The notes beneath the pieces are model-generated. The model searched no databases and had not been told where the DNA came from. It saw only the letters and a program-made list of their open reading frames with translations. Positions 49,501 to 61,517 of a stretch of DNA of 64,000 bases are shown here, piece by piece. The position numbers were made by a program, and so were the translations under genes. This stretch comes from an uncultured delta proteobacterium. Lineage in GTDB: Bacteria; Myxococcota; Kuafuiibacteriia; Kuafuiibacteriales; Kuafuiibacteriaceae. Positions within the stretch are counted from its first letter, which is position 1, and each line of letters begins with the position of its first letter. Location of the stretch: contig CAWDML010000001.1 in the NCBI GenBank assembly GCA_963803435.1, positions 1,280,001 to 1,344,000 on the forward strand, read 5' to 3'.

Positions 49501-49998
49501 ATGGAACATGAAGCGCACATCAACTGGTGGGTCCTCGGCAGCACGATCACCAACGCGATCCTATTCTTCGGATTCCTGGCGATGAAGCTGCGGCCGCACG
49601 TCTCGAACGGTCTGCTCGCTCGTCGCGAGAACATGGCGAAGCAGCTCGAGGAGGCGCGCACGCAGCAAGCCGAGGCGGAGCGCCGGCTCGAGGAGTACAA
49701 GGCGAAGCTCGAGAACCTCGAGGCCGAGGTCGCGCGCATCGTCCGGAGCTACGAGGCCGAGGCCGAGGCCGACAAGCAGCGCCTCACCGAGGAGACCGAC
49801 CGCGCGATGCTGAGGTTCGCGCGCGAGACCGAGTTCACGATCAGTCAAGAGGTGAAGAAGGCCGAGAAGGCGATCCGCGACGCCGCGGTCTCCGCCACGC
49901 TCGAGGCGGCCGAGCAGCTCCTCACCTCGAAGATCACATCAGACGATCGGCGACGCCTCGCCGACGAGTACATCCGCGATTTGGAGAAGGTGGCATGA
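49501..49998 (+). CDS. atpF: ATP synthase F0 subunit b
   Basis: N-terminal TM (TNAILFFGFL), L..RRE.....LEEA, coiled coil, D..RL.DEYI. Confidence 0.9.
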   Translation: MEHEAHINWWVLGSTITNAILFFGFLAMKLRPHVSNGLLARRENMAKQLEEARTQQAEAERRLEEYKAKLENLEAEVARIVRSYEAEAEADKQRLTEETDRAMLRFARETEFTISQEVKKAEKAIRDAAVSATLEAAEQLLTSKITSDDRRRLADEYIRDLEKVA

Positions 49999-50540
49999 CG
50001 CTCGCTTCACTCGCCTCGAGACGCTACGCCGAAGCGCTGATCGAAGCGGCGGGAGACGGCCTACCCCAGGCCTCCCGCGAGCTGCTGTCGTTCGCCGAGA
50101 TGGTCGAGAGCGCCGACGAGTTCCGACACGTCCTCCTCAACCCCGCGTTCAGCGTCGACGAGGAGCACAAGGCCCTCGAGGCCGTCATGGAGCGGCTCGG
50201 CGTGTCGGAGGTGGTGCGCCGCCTGCTCCGCCTGCTCGCCGCCCGCGAGCGCATGAGCGAGATCCGCGACATCGCCGAGACCGTGAAGCGCCTCTCCGAT
50301 GAGCGCGCCGGCCGCGTCCACGCGCGCGTCGAGACCGCCGAAGAGCTGGCCCCACCCGCCCTCGCGCGCCTCAAGTCCGCCGTCGAGAAGCGCACCGGCA
50401 AGACGGTCGACCTCGAGGTGATCGTCGACTCCACCCTCATCGGCGGCGTCCGCACGACCGTCGGTTCCACCGTCTTCGACGGCACGATCAAGACCGAGCT
50501 CTCACGCCTCCGCGAGATCCTCGCCGACGCCGACGGGTAG
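49995..50540 (+). CDS. atpH: ATP synthase F1 subunit delta
   Basis: ATG 49995; ASRRYAEAL, L.NP, V.TA..L, VDSTLIGG....GSTVFDGTIK..L. Confidence 0.93.
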   Translation: MTLASLASRRYAEALIEAAGDGLPQASRELLSFAEMVESADEFRHVLLNPAFSVDEEHKALEAVMERLGVSEVVRRLLRLLAARERMSEIRDIAETVKRLSDERAGRVHARVETAEELAPPALARLKSAVEKRTGKTVDLEVIVDSTLIGGVRTTVGSTVFDGTIKTELSRLREILADADG

Positions 50541-50554
50541 GTCTGGCCGTCATC

Positions 50555-50711
50555 GGCGACGTGAAGTCGCCTGCGGCCCCACGGATTACGGTTCGGGCGC
50601 GGCTGCGAGGGACCTTGGGGAAGGCGACCGCCGCTCGTGAGTGAGGCCGCACTCGGGGCCCCACCCGAGGCAGCGCGTCGCCTCGGCGCGACGCACCAAG
50701 ATCCGTCGTGG
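50555..50711. other. highly structured intergenic segment (multi-hairpin; candidate REP/MITE-like element or ncRNA)
   Basis: Stems GGCGAC/GTCGCC (50555-71), CTCGGG/CCCGAG (50652-69) and GCGTCGC/GCGACGC (50675-94); ACGGAT/ATCCGT (50581-86 / 50701-06) encloses the latter two. Confidence 0.4.
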
Positions 50712-50715
50712 CGCT

Positions 50716-51441
50716 CTACCGCATCCAGATCGCGAACATGATCGCGCCGGCGGCGCCCAGCACGGCGTACCCGAGCGGGCGGGCCGGCTTGGCGCGCCAC
50801 GCCCACCAGCGCTCGCGGCGGCGGATGAATCGGGGCGACGAGACGTAGTCCTGCCACGCGGACTCGCGGGCGGCGGCGGCGCCGGGCTCGTCGCCGAGGC
50901 CGGCCTTGGCGCGGGCGAGGAGCACCTTGCCCTCGATGGTGCTGTGCCGCTTCTCCACGAACGCCTCGAGCGCGGCCTTGGCCTGGTCGTACTGGCCGGC
51001 GGCCAGCAACCCGCGCCCGAGCTCCAGGTCGATCGCGCCCGTCCCGTAGTCGGGCTCGATCAGGCGGGCCTCCTCGAGCGCCGCCGCCCCGCGCTCGACC
51101 TGACCCGCACCGAGCAGCGCCACGCCGAGCAAGAAGTAGGTGCGCGCCGCCTCGTCCCCCTGCTCGACGTTGTAACGGAGGACCTCGGCGGCCTCGCGGT
51201 GGCGGCGGCGGGACAGGAGCAGGTCGGCGAGCTCGACGCGGGCCCGGCGGTCGTGCGGGTTGTGCGCGAGGGAGCGGCGGAGGCGCCCGATCCGGCGAAA
51301 ACGTCCGGCGATGCGCAGGGGATCCGGGAGGATGCCGAGGGTAAAGCGATCGACGGCGAGCCAGAAGACCAGGAGGATTCCGAGCGCCAGGATCGGGTTG
51401 CCAACGACAGCCGTCAGCAACATCCACTGGATCCACTTCAC
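50716..51441 (-). CDS. membrane-anchored TPR protein
   Basis: N-terminal TM hairpin, TPR-like repeats (YFLLGVALL..G, LELGR.L...G.Y..A..AL), C-terminal TM. Confidence 0.85.
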   Translation of the reverse strand: MKWIQWMLLTAVVGNPILALGILLVFWLAVDRFTLGILPDPLRIAGRFRRIGRLRRSLAHNPHDRRARVELADLLLSRRRHREAAEVLRYNVEQGDEAARTYFLLGVALLGAGQVERGAAALEEARLIEPDYGTGAIDLELGRGLLAAGQYDQAKAALEAFVEKRHSTIEGKVLLARAKAGLGDEPGAAAARESAWQDYVSSPRFIRRRERWWAWRAKPARPLGYAVLGAAGAIMFAIWMR

Positions 51442-51523
51442 CGCCCGAAGAACCTAAGCGAAAACGGGTCGGTTTTTCCAGGTTGATCTCGCGATGATCG
51501 CTCTGCTAGTCGGCCGCACGGAC

Positions 51524-53098
<1,575 letters not shown>

Positions 53099-53102
53099 CC
53101 CG

Positions 53103-53522
53103 GTGCGCCTTGCGCTGGTCGCCTTGCTGCTGATCCCGAGTGCGTGCTCCTACCTCTTGCCGGCGACGTGGCGCGCGTTCCGGGCAGATCCGGACGACGC
53201 CGCGCCGGCGATCACCAAGGCCCTCGACGCGCGGCAGCTGTCGGTGGAGTCGTTCGATCAGGCGGGGAGAAAGATCGTCACCGGCTGGCAGGAGGCGAGC
53301 GACGGCGTCGACAAGACGCACGAGCGCTTCGTCATCACCTGGGAGCGGGACGACAAGGACGGCACGCTCACCATCTACGTCCGTCACGAGGCGCAAGACC
53401 AGGAGATGACCGACGGCCGCCCGACCTGGGGCGGCACCTACCACAACGGCGACAAGGAGACGGCGCTCCTGAATCAGATCACCAAAGAGCTCAAGGCGCT
53501 CGCCAAGCCGATGGATAGCTGA
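53103..53522 (+). CDS. hypothetical lipoprotein (helix-grip/BamC-like features)
   Basis: Lipobox PSAC; IVTGW...ERFVI...IYVRHE; 4 bp after atpA. Confidence 0.7.
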   Translation: MRLALVALLLIPSACSYLLPATWRAFRADPDDAAPAITKALDARQLSVESFDQAGRKIVTGWQEASDGVDKTHERFVITWERDDKDGTLTIYVRHEAQDQEMTDGRPTWGGTYHNGDKETALLNQITKELKALAKPMDS

Positions 53523-53525
53523 GCC

Positions 53526-54242
53526 TCACTCCAGGATCATGTCGACCGGGACGCCCTCCTCGTCGAGGGCGCGGACCTTGATCGGGAGCCCGTCAGCCTG
53601 CACCCACAGCCCGGTGGGAAGGCGGCCGGCGGAGAGCTTGGCCTCGACGCGGGCGATGCCGTCGATCCGATCGCGCAGCGTGTAGCTCTGGAGCGTAACC
53701 ACCGGGCTGAGCATCGGGAGCGAGAGCGCGATGGTGCGCACTTCGACCGGCTTGCCCGGCTCGAGCGTGGGGAGCAGCAGGCTCATCGCCAGCGTGTGGA
53801 ACAGCGGCGTGCCGAAGCCGAAGGTGGTGCCGGGGGCGTACGGGACGATCCGCTCCTCCTTGCCGCCGATCCCGCGGACGTGAACCTCGAAGTTGCCCTG
53901 CTTCTCCCAACCGCGCGCGGTGCGTCGCTGGCCGAGAACCTCGATCCAGGCCTCGAACGCCACCGGCTCGGTGGTGCGCTCGTCGATCGCGAGGAGATAG
54001 CCCTGCCGGTGGCCCTCGGGACCGTCGAACACCGTCTCTCCCCGGACCGTCCATACGGACGCCGAGGAGGTGATCGTGAAGTGCTCGTAGCCGATGGGCG
54101 CGCCGGCGCGCTCGATCCGGTAGCGGCCCGAGCGCGGTGCGACCAGCGCGGGCCGGGCGGCCGAAGGCGCGCGCAGTGAATGAGCCGCGCCGTGGGCGTA
54201 GCAGCCCGCGATCGCGCAGAACAGAGCGCTGGCCTTGCGCAT
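53526..54242 (-). CDS. hypothetical exported/lipoprotein, beta-rich
   Basis: Possible lipobox IAGC; G..IG.E.F.I motif; W...DGLP; GC3-rich codons; TAGAAT box 7 nt upstream. Confidence 0.7.
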   Translation of the reverse strand: MRKASALFCAIAGCYAHGAAHSLRAPSAARPALVAPRSGRYRIERAGAPIGYEHFTITSSASVWTVRGETVFDGPEGHRQGYLLAIDERTTEPVAFEAWIEVLGQRRTARGWEKQGNFEVHVRGIGGKEERIVPYAPGTTFGFGTPLFHTLAMSLLLPTLEPGKPVEVRTIALSLPMLSPVVTLQSYTLRDRIDGIARVEAKLSAGRLPTGLWVQADGLPIKVRALDEEGVPVDMILE

Positions 54243-54310
54243 TTTCCCGATTCTACCGCGGTTTTCCTCGTTGCCGGTGCCTTCGAGGCTCTGGTAGCGT
54301 CCGCGCGCCG

Positions 54311-54841
54311 ATGGACTCCTTCACCTCACTCTTCGAAGTGATCCGGCTGTCCGATCAGGTCTTCTTCCTCTTCGCCACGATGGCCGTGGTGGGCGCGGCC
54401 GGGACGGCCCTCTCGAAGAACCTGGTGTACTCCGCCTTCGCCCTCCTCGCCTCACTCTTCGGTGCGGCCGCGCTGTTTGCGTGGCTGTCTGCGGACTACC
54501 TGGCGATCACCCAGCTCATCGTCTACGTCGGCGGCATCCTGGTGCTGTTCCTCTTCGCGGTGATGCTCACCAACAAGATCACCGAGGTCCGGGGCTCGAA
54601 CCCGGTCGTCGGCGAGAAGCCGGCGGCCGTGGTCTCGCTGGGCCTGTTCGCGCTGCTCGCCTACGTGGCGGTGGAGACGCCCTGGCCCGAGCTCGCGTCT
54701 CCGGCCCGCCACGAGACGACCGCCACGATCGGCGACGCCCTGCTCTCCACCTATCTGCTGCCGTTCGAGGCGCTGTCGGTGGTGATCCTGGCGACCATGG
54801 TCGGCGCCGTCATCATGGCCCGGAAGGAGATCAAGGACTGA
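54311..54841 (+). CDS. nuoJ: NADH-quinone oxidoreductase subunit J
   Basis: NLVYSA..L, ADYLA..Q..VYVGGI.VLFLF..ML, YLLPFE.LS...L..MVGA. Confidence 0.94.
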   Translation: MDSFTSLFEVIRLSDQVFFLFATMAVVGAAGTALSKNLVYSAFALLASLFGAAALFAWLSADYLAITQLIVYVGGILVLFLFAVMLTNKITEVRGSNPVVGEKPAAVVSLGLFALLAYVAVETPWPELASPARHETTATIGDALLSTYLLPFEALSVVILATMVGAVIMARKEIKD

Positions 54842-55167
54842 TGCCTCAGCTCGAGCTGCTCCACGTCGGCCTCAAGCACTTCCTCTTCATCGCGGCGGCG
54901 CTCTTCGCGCTGGGCACCTACACCGTGCTCACGCGCCGGAACGCGGTCGGAGTCCTGATGGGGGTCGAGCTGATCCTCAACAGCGCCAACCTCAACCTGG
55001 TGGCCTTCGCCCATTACACCACCGGCGGAATCGACGGACAGGTGTTCGCCCTGCTGGTCATCGTGGTGGCCGCGGCCGAGGCCGCCATCGCGCTCGCGAT
55101 CGTGCTGTCGATCTACCAGAACTTCTCCACGATCGACGCGACCAAAGCCGACATCATGAAAGGCTGA
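54841..55167 (+). CDS. nuoK: NADH-quinone oxidoreductase subunit K
   Basis: RRNA...LMGVELILN..NLN..AF, GQVF....VAAAEAAI.LAI. Confidence 0.95.
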   Translation: MPQLELLHVGLKHFLFIAAALFALGTYTVLTRRNAVGVLMGVELILNSANLNLVAFAHYTTGGIDGQVFALLVIVVAAAEAAIALAIVLSIYQNFSTIDATKADIMKG

Positions 55168-55176
55168 CGCGCCCGG

Positions 55177-55665
55177 ATGGGCCTCTCTCTCTTCTTGATC
55201 CGACACGAGGACGCTGAACAGGGGCCCCAACTCCCCGACGCCCACCGCGGCCTCACCGCGGCCGGACGGCATCGCATGCGCGCGACCGCGGCGCTCTTCG
55301 CGCAGCACGACGGCGTCGACGTCATCTTCACCAGCCCGCTCGTCCGCGCCGTGCAGACGACGGAGATCCTGGCGGCGGGCCTCGCGCACGACGCGCCGAT
55401 CCACGCGCGGAACGTGATCGCGGAGCCGCACTCGGTCGAGGCGTTCCTCTCGGTGCTCGACGAGCTGACGGCGAGCGAGCGGCGCGTCGCGATCGTCGGC
55501 CACGAGCCCACGCTGAGCTCGATCGCGTCGCACGTCCTGGGGACGCGGTTCCGCTCGTTCTCGAAGGGGATGGTGCTGGCGCTCGACTATGACGCCGACT
55601 CGGGACGCGCCACTTTTCGATACATGATTGACGGCTCCGGACCGACCTACCTCACCGCCCCGTGA
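55177..55665 (+). CDS. sixA: SixA-like phosphohistidine phosphatase
   Basis: LFLIRH..A, D..R.LT..G, TSPLVRA.QT, IVGHEP. Confidence 0.88.
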   Translation: MGLSLFLIRHEDAEQGPQLPDAHRGLTAAGRHRMRATAALFAQHDGVDVIFTSPLVRAVQTTEILAAGLAHDAPIHARNVIAEPHSVEAFLSVLDELTASERRVAIVGHEPTLSSIASHVLGTRFRSFSKGMVLALDYDADSGRATFRYMIDGSGPTYLTAP

Positions 55666-58229
55666 CCTTCTCGCTCCGCGAGCGGATCGTCACGCACCGC
55701 CGATCCTCCTCCAGCGCGCTGGCCAGCGGCCGCGTCAGCAGCTCGGGCAGGTCGTTCTTCGTCAGCTTCGCCGCCATCCGGGTCGCGCTCTTCTCCGAGC
55801 AGGTGGAGGGTAGGAGCCCCATGTAGCGGCTGAGGAACTCGCTGTCCTTGGTCTTCACCAGCGCATCGAGCGCGTCGAAGTACGAGTCGCCGAGCACCTG
55901 CTCGTGGAGCGCGTCCTGGCCGAAGGGGAAGAGATTGTCGATGACGACGATGGCGTCGGCCATCGGAAGCGCCGGCAATTTCGCCAGCAAGCGGCGCTTC
56001 GAGGCCAGCGTGGGCGCGGACGCCTCCACCGCCAGCTGCCCGCGACGGCCGGTGTCGGAGGGATTGCGCTTGCGCTCGCGCGCGACCAAGGCGGTGACCG
56101 GCGCTCCCAGGGCCGACGCGCGCGCCAGGACCGCCCAGCGGCGATCTCTGATCCAGCGTCACGCCGGCGATCTGCACCCTTCCCTCGACCAGCCTCGCCA
56201 GCTCGAGCCCGACCTTCCGCTCCGAGGCGGTGGCCACCCAGGCGTCGAACCACGCCAGCTGGATCTCGGAGCCCGCCGGCGCCGCGATGGTCCGGGCGCG
56301 CAGGAACGCGGAGAGGTCCGGGAGGTCCGACTCGAGCGACAGATACGCGACCAGCGCGCCGGTGTCGTCGCTTCCGCCGTCGATCGTCCCCAGGACCGCG
56401 CGGAGGACGACCAGCTCGGTCTCGAGAGGAAGATGGGCCTTCACGAGCGTCAGGTAGTCGGCGGGGGCAAGACGGGCGTCGCGGACCATCTCGTAGAGGG
56501 CCTGCCAGATCAGCGCGCGCACCATGGGCTCGCGGAGACGGGAGAGGTTTCGCCTCACCGAGGCCAGGGTGCGGTCGTCCAGGATCAGCTTGGCGTAGTC
56601 GCGATCGGCGTAGTTCACGAGCACGATCTGGGGACAAGGCTTGCCGGCGGCCGCGTCGATCCGCGTGCGCGCGCCCGAGTAGGTGGCATCGATGACGTCG
56701 GGATGATCGAGGTCCTCGAACAGCGCGATCCGGGTCCGGTGGGTCCGCAAGGTGGGGAAGCGGTCGGGGGCCGACTGGACCAGATCGAGGGACTCGACGC
56801 GATCATCCTTGCAGGCGAGCTCGGGGCGGACCGCGTTCAGCCCGGGCGTGTCGAGCCACTCGTCGGTCCATCGCTCGAGCGGGACACCGGCGGTCTCCTC
56901 GAGCGCCTCCACGAAGTCGCGCCGGTCCGCGTTGGCGAAAGCGTGCCGGGAGAAGTAGCGGCGGACGGCCTCCCGGAACTTCTCCTCAGAGACCGCGAAC
57001 GCGATCTGCGACAGCGCCGAGGCGCCCTTGCCGTACGTGATTCCGTCGAAGTTCCCGAACGCGTCCTCGGTGTTCTTCACGTCGGCCTCGATCGGGTGCG
57101 TGGTGGCGAGCTGGTCCTCGCGGTAGGCCCAGGCCTTGGACTCGGCGTCGAAGTCGAGCCACGCGCGCTCGGAGTGGAGGGCCTCGTCCATCGCGATCGC
57201 CGACAGATAAGTGGCGAAGCTCTCGTTGAGCCAGAGGTCGTCCCACCAGCGCATCGTCACCAGATCGCCGAACCACATGTGGGCCATCTCGTGCAAGATC
57301 ACGCGGGCCCGGCCCTCGAGATCGTCGGCGGTGGGCGTGCGGCGGAAGATGAAGTCCTCGGAGAACGTCACCGCGCCCACGTTCTCCATCGCCTCGTAGT
57401 TCATCGCGGGCGGGACCACCTGATCGTACTTCCCGAACGGGTAGGGGACGCCGAACAGCTCGCCGTAGAAAGCCAGGCCGCGGCGCGTGACGTCGAACCA
57501 GGCGTCGGCGTCGACATAGCGGGCGAGCGCGCGCCGCGCAAAGAGTCGGAGCGGGATGTCGCCGGCCTGGGCCTCCCAGACCTGGTAGTCGCCGGCGTGG
57601 AGCGAGAACAGATAGGTGCTGAAGCGCTCCGTCTCCTCGAAGATCCAGCGGCGGCGATCGCCCGCGTCCAGGATCTCGTGCTCGCGGGCCGCGGTGATCA
57701 CGCTCCAGGCGGCCGGGGCCTCCACCGTGATCCGGTAGGTGGCCTTGAGATCGGGCTGATCGAAGCACGGGAACAGAGTGTTCGCGAGGTAGGGCTCGAA
57801 GTCGGTGAAGAGGTAGATCCGGCCGTCCTCCGGATCGCGCCAGCGCGTCAGGCCGGCGCCGTCGGACGAGTACGGGTGGCGGAAGTCGATCGAGAGCACG
57901 TTCTCGCCCGCCTGGAGGCGATCCGCGGCGATCGGGAGGTAGCGGCCTCCGTAGCTCGGCTCGACCGTCTCGCCGTTGGCGATCAGACCGACCACCGTGC
58001 CGCCGTCGAAGTCGACCGTGATCGGCGCGGGGCGAACCATCGTGAAGTGGATGACCGAAGTGCCGATGAGCTCGGGGGCAGTGGCGTCGATCGAGAGGCC
58101 GAGCTCGTAGCGGACGTTCGCGATGACGTCGGCGCGGTGCAGCGCGTGTCGCACGCCCAACCCCCGCGCCTCCGTGCGCACCTCAGGGCCCGTGTGCGAC
58201 AGAGCCAGGAGCGCGAGCACCGGGAGCAT
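55652..58229 (-). CDS. pepN: aminopeptidase N (M1 family, ERAP1_C domain) with signal peptide; +1 frameshift at about 56147
   Basis: FPCFDQPDLKA, AMEN, HEMAHMWFGDLVTM.WWDDLWLNESFA, FDGITYGKGAS; removing one base gives LDQDRRW... joining ORF 55652-56089. Confidence 0.92.
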
Positions 58230-58241
58230 GGCGCGAGCCTA

Positions 58242-60411
58242 TCAATGATAGGTGATCGGATCGCAGCCTTTTCCGCAGAGGTGGCGGACCGCCGCGGGCA
58301 GCGCGCCCACCGCCGTGAAGCCGACCTCGAGGCCATCGCGCTTCACCGAGAAGACACGCCCGACCGGACACGGCTCGCCCTCGATCCCCTCCCAGGCGTC
58401 GAGCCAGCGCCCGGGCCGGCTCCGGATCGTCCTCGTTCTCCTGCGCGCGGATCATGAGCTCGACGGTCTCGCGGTCGAACTCTTGATCGTCGATCCGCTC
58501 GGCCAGGAGATCGCGGAGCGAAGGTCCCGACCAGTGCTGGGCGATCCGCAGGGTGAGCAGGGCCCGCCGCCGGGCCGCCTGGAGCGTCTCGTCGACCGGT
58601 CCAGTGCGATCCCAGGGCGCGGGCACGCAGTACGGGCCCCCGACCTCGGCCAGCACCAGCGACTCCTGGAGGTCGAGCGCGGTCCGTTCGTCCGGGGCCG
58701 TGCAGAAGAGCCGGGCCCCTTCGGCGCCGTCGACCTGTGAAGCCTCGAGCGGGCACGCCAGCTCGGTGCGATCGCTCGGCGCCGCGAAGACCCGAGCGAA
58801 GCGTCCCATCGCGATGGCGGCCACCCCGCCGGCCACGCAGCCGCCGTAGAGCGCGAGCCACGGGACGGTACGCCACCAGCGCGTCCGGACGTGCGCCAGC
58901 CGCTGCTCGAGCTGGCGGACGATCGCGAGCTTCTGCGCGAAGGGTGCGGGCCGGTCGCCGCGGAGGCGGGCCCAGATCCAGCGGACCGGATCGGCGGGCC
59001 GCTCGACGGCCTCCTCGGCGCGAAACTCGGCCTCCATCCGCGAGGTGCGGAACCCGAGCGGAATGGTCATCGCGACCAGGAGCGCGATGATCACGACCAC
59101 CGGCTCACGGGAGAAGACGCCCAGCGCGGCGAAGCTGGCCACCGCCAGCACCTTGAAGGCTGCGTCCAGCCAAGGACGACCGGCGAAGAGGAGCGCATGC
59201 ACGATGCGCCCGCCGTCGAGCGGGAAGATGGGGAGCAGGTTGAACAGGTTCACCGAGACCAACATCAGGATCACCGAGCGTCCGATCTGGGAGCTCGGAA
59301 CCGAGGAGAACGGGAGGGCAAGGAGAGCGCCCAGGAGCAGGCCGGGCATCGGTCCGGCCAGCAGGATGATCATCTCCTCGGGGAGCGACGGCCGATCCTT
59401 GCGGCCGGTGGCGGCGGCTCCCAAGAAGGGGATGAAGAAGATGGTGGTGTCGCGATAGTCGAACAACCGCATCGCCAGGTAGTGACCGAGCTCGTGAAAG
59501 AAGATCACGGCGACCAGGACGAGCAGTCCGGTGGCGTCGAACAGGTGGAGCATCGAGAGCGCGAACAGCGCGGCGGTGCCGCCGAAGATCACCACCATGG
59601 TCTGGCGCCGGTTGGGAGTGCGCCGGACGTCCTCGTGACGCCGGTACGCCCTCACCTCCTCGGAGAGCGGCGGCTCGGGATACAGCCCGGGGTGCTCGGC
59701 GGCGTGGGCGCGGCGCGCGGCGGCCATCTTCGAGAGCTGCTTCCTCGCCGACATGATTTTTCGCGTGCCGATGAGCGCGCCCTTGGCGGTGAGCTCGAGC
59801 GTGCCCGGCTCCCGGCCGGCCCGGGCCAACCCCAGCGTCCGCAGGCTCTCCAGATAGCGGTGATCTCGAAGCTCGCCGGCGACCAGCCGCGCGTCGGGCG
59901 TCATCGGTCGCCCGCGCGCCCCCTGCAGGCGCGCCAGATGCGCGCGCGCGGCCTCCTCGAGCGTGGGCGCGTACGGATCGAAGAGCTCGACACCGGGATA
60001 GTCGCCGACCATCGCGTAGGTCAGGCCGTTCAGCGTCAACAGCGGCACCTCGCACTCGGTCGAGAGTGTGAGGCTTGCGCTCCAGCGATCCGGGCTCTCG
60101 CCGGCGCCCACGGTGGCGAAGGTGGCGGTCTCGGCGTGGTAGAGCTCGAGCACGTCCACCTGATCGTCGCGTGTCCGCAGCGCCCGTCGCACCCGGGTGA
60201 AGCCAAGCTCCTCGAACCCGAGGGGCGCGAGGCGGGCGGCCACCGTGCGGAGGAACTGCGCCAGCTCGGGGTCGACGTCGAGCGTGTCGACCCGCCGGTA
60301 CGCCGTCGACTGCAGCGTCACCCGGAGCAGCGCCAGGAACGCCATCAGGAGCGGGAGCACGCGCAGGAGGGCCCAGACACCCAGGATCCAGACGAAGATC
60401 GTCCAGCTCAC
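58242..60411 (-). CDS. site-2 protease (M50 family) with N- and C-terminal extensions; +1 frameshift at about 58387
   Basis: GTG 60411 overlapping the tgt stop; HELGH, LAGP, NLFNLLPIFPLDGG; removing one G gives GIEGEPC...CDPITYH* ending at 58242. Confidence 0.87.
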
Positions 60412-61517
60412 GCCCGGCCTCGCAGCTCCTCGACCAGGGCCCTCATCCGTCCCTCCGCGATCGCGGAGCGGATCTGCTCCATCAGGCGCTGAAAGAACCA
60501 GAGGTTGTGCATCGTGGTCAGCCGGTGGACGAGGATCTCGTTGGTCATCCAGAGGTGGCGCACATAACCGCGCGAGAAGGTCCTGCAGGTGGGGCAGTCG
60601 CAGCGTTCGTCGATCGGCCGGGCGTCCTCGCGGTGGGAGGCGTGCTTGACCACGAAGACACCGTCGGAGGTGAAGAGGCGCCCGTTGCGGGCGTTGCGGG
60701 TCGGGATCACGCAGTCGAACATGTCCACGCCGGCGGCGACGCCCTCGATCAGGTCCTCTGGCAACCCGACGCCCATCAGATACCGGGGCCTCTCCCGCGG
60801 CAGGCGAGCGGCGGTGAAGCGGGTGATTCGGAGCATGTCCTCCTTCGACTCGCCGATGGCGACGCCGCCGATCGCGTAGCCGTCGAGATCGCGCGCTTCG
60901 ATCTCCGACGCGTGCTCGGCGCGGAGCTCCTCGTGCAAGCCGCCTTGCACGATCCCGAAGAGTGAGGTCAGGTCCGGCTGCCGGCGCGCGGCCAGACAGC
61001 GGTCGAGCCAGCGCGTGGTACGTTTCATCGAGTCGACGACGTACTCGCGCGTGGCGTCGGCCGGCGGACACTCGTCGAACGCCATCGCGATGTCGGTGCC
61101 GAGCGCCTCCTGGACCTCGATCGCGCGCTCGGGCGTGAGCTGCTCGCGCGCGCCGTCGTACGGGCTCTGGAAGGTCACGCCGGACTCGTCGATCGTCCGT
61201 CGCTCGCTCAGAGAGAAGACCTGGAAGCCGCCGCTGTCGGTGAGGATCGAGTGGGGCCAGCCGGCAAAGCGATGCAGCCCGCCCAGCTTCTTCACCACCT
61301 CGTGACCCGGGCGCAGCATCAGGTGGTACGTGTTGCCGAGGATGATCCGGGAGCCGCTCGCGTCCACCTCCTCGGGGAGCATCGCCTTCACCGAGCCGCC
61401 CGTGCCGACCGGCATGAACACCGGAGTATCGACCGTCCCGTGCGGCGTGATCAGGCGTCCCAGGCGCGCGCCGGTCTCGGTGTCCTCCTTGAGGAGCTCG
61501 AAGCGGACGGTTCTCAT
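60408..61517 (-). CDS. tgt: tRNA-guanine transglycosylase
   Basis: TPVFMPVGT, LGNTYHL, ILTDSGGFQVFSL, FGIVQGG, PRYLMGVG, DMFDCV.PTR, C.C..C...H zinc site. Confidence 0.98.
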   Translation of the reverse strand: MRTVRFELLKEDTETGARLGRLITPHGTVDTPVFMPVGTGGSVKAMLPEEVDASGSRIILGNTYHLMLRPGHEVVKKLGGLHRFAGWPHSILTDSGGFQVFSLSERRTIDESGVTFQSPYDGAREQLTPERAIEVQEALGTDIAMAFDECPPADATREYVVDSMKRTTRWLDRCLAARRQPDLTSLFGIVQGGLHEELRAEHASEIEARDLDGYAIGGVAIGESKEDMLRITRFTAARLPRERPRYLMGVGLPEDLIEGVAAGVDMFDCVIPTRNARNGRLFTSDGVFVVKHASHREDARPIDERCDCPTCRTFSRGYVRHLWMTNEILVHRLTTMHNLWFFQRLMEQIRSAIAEGRMRALVEELRGRA

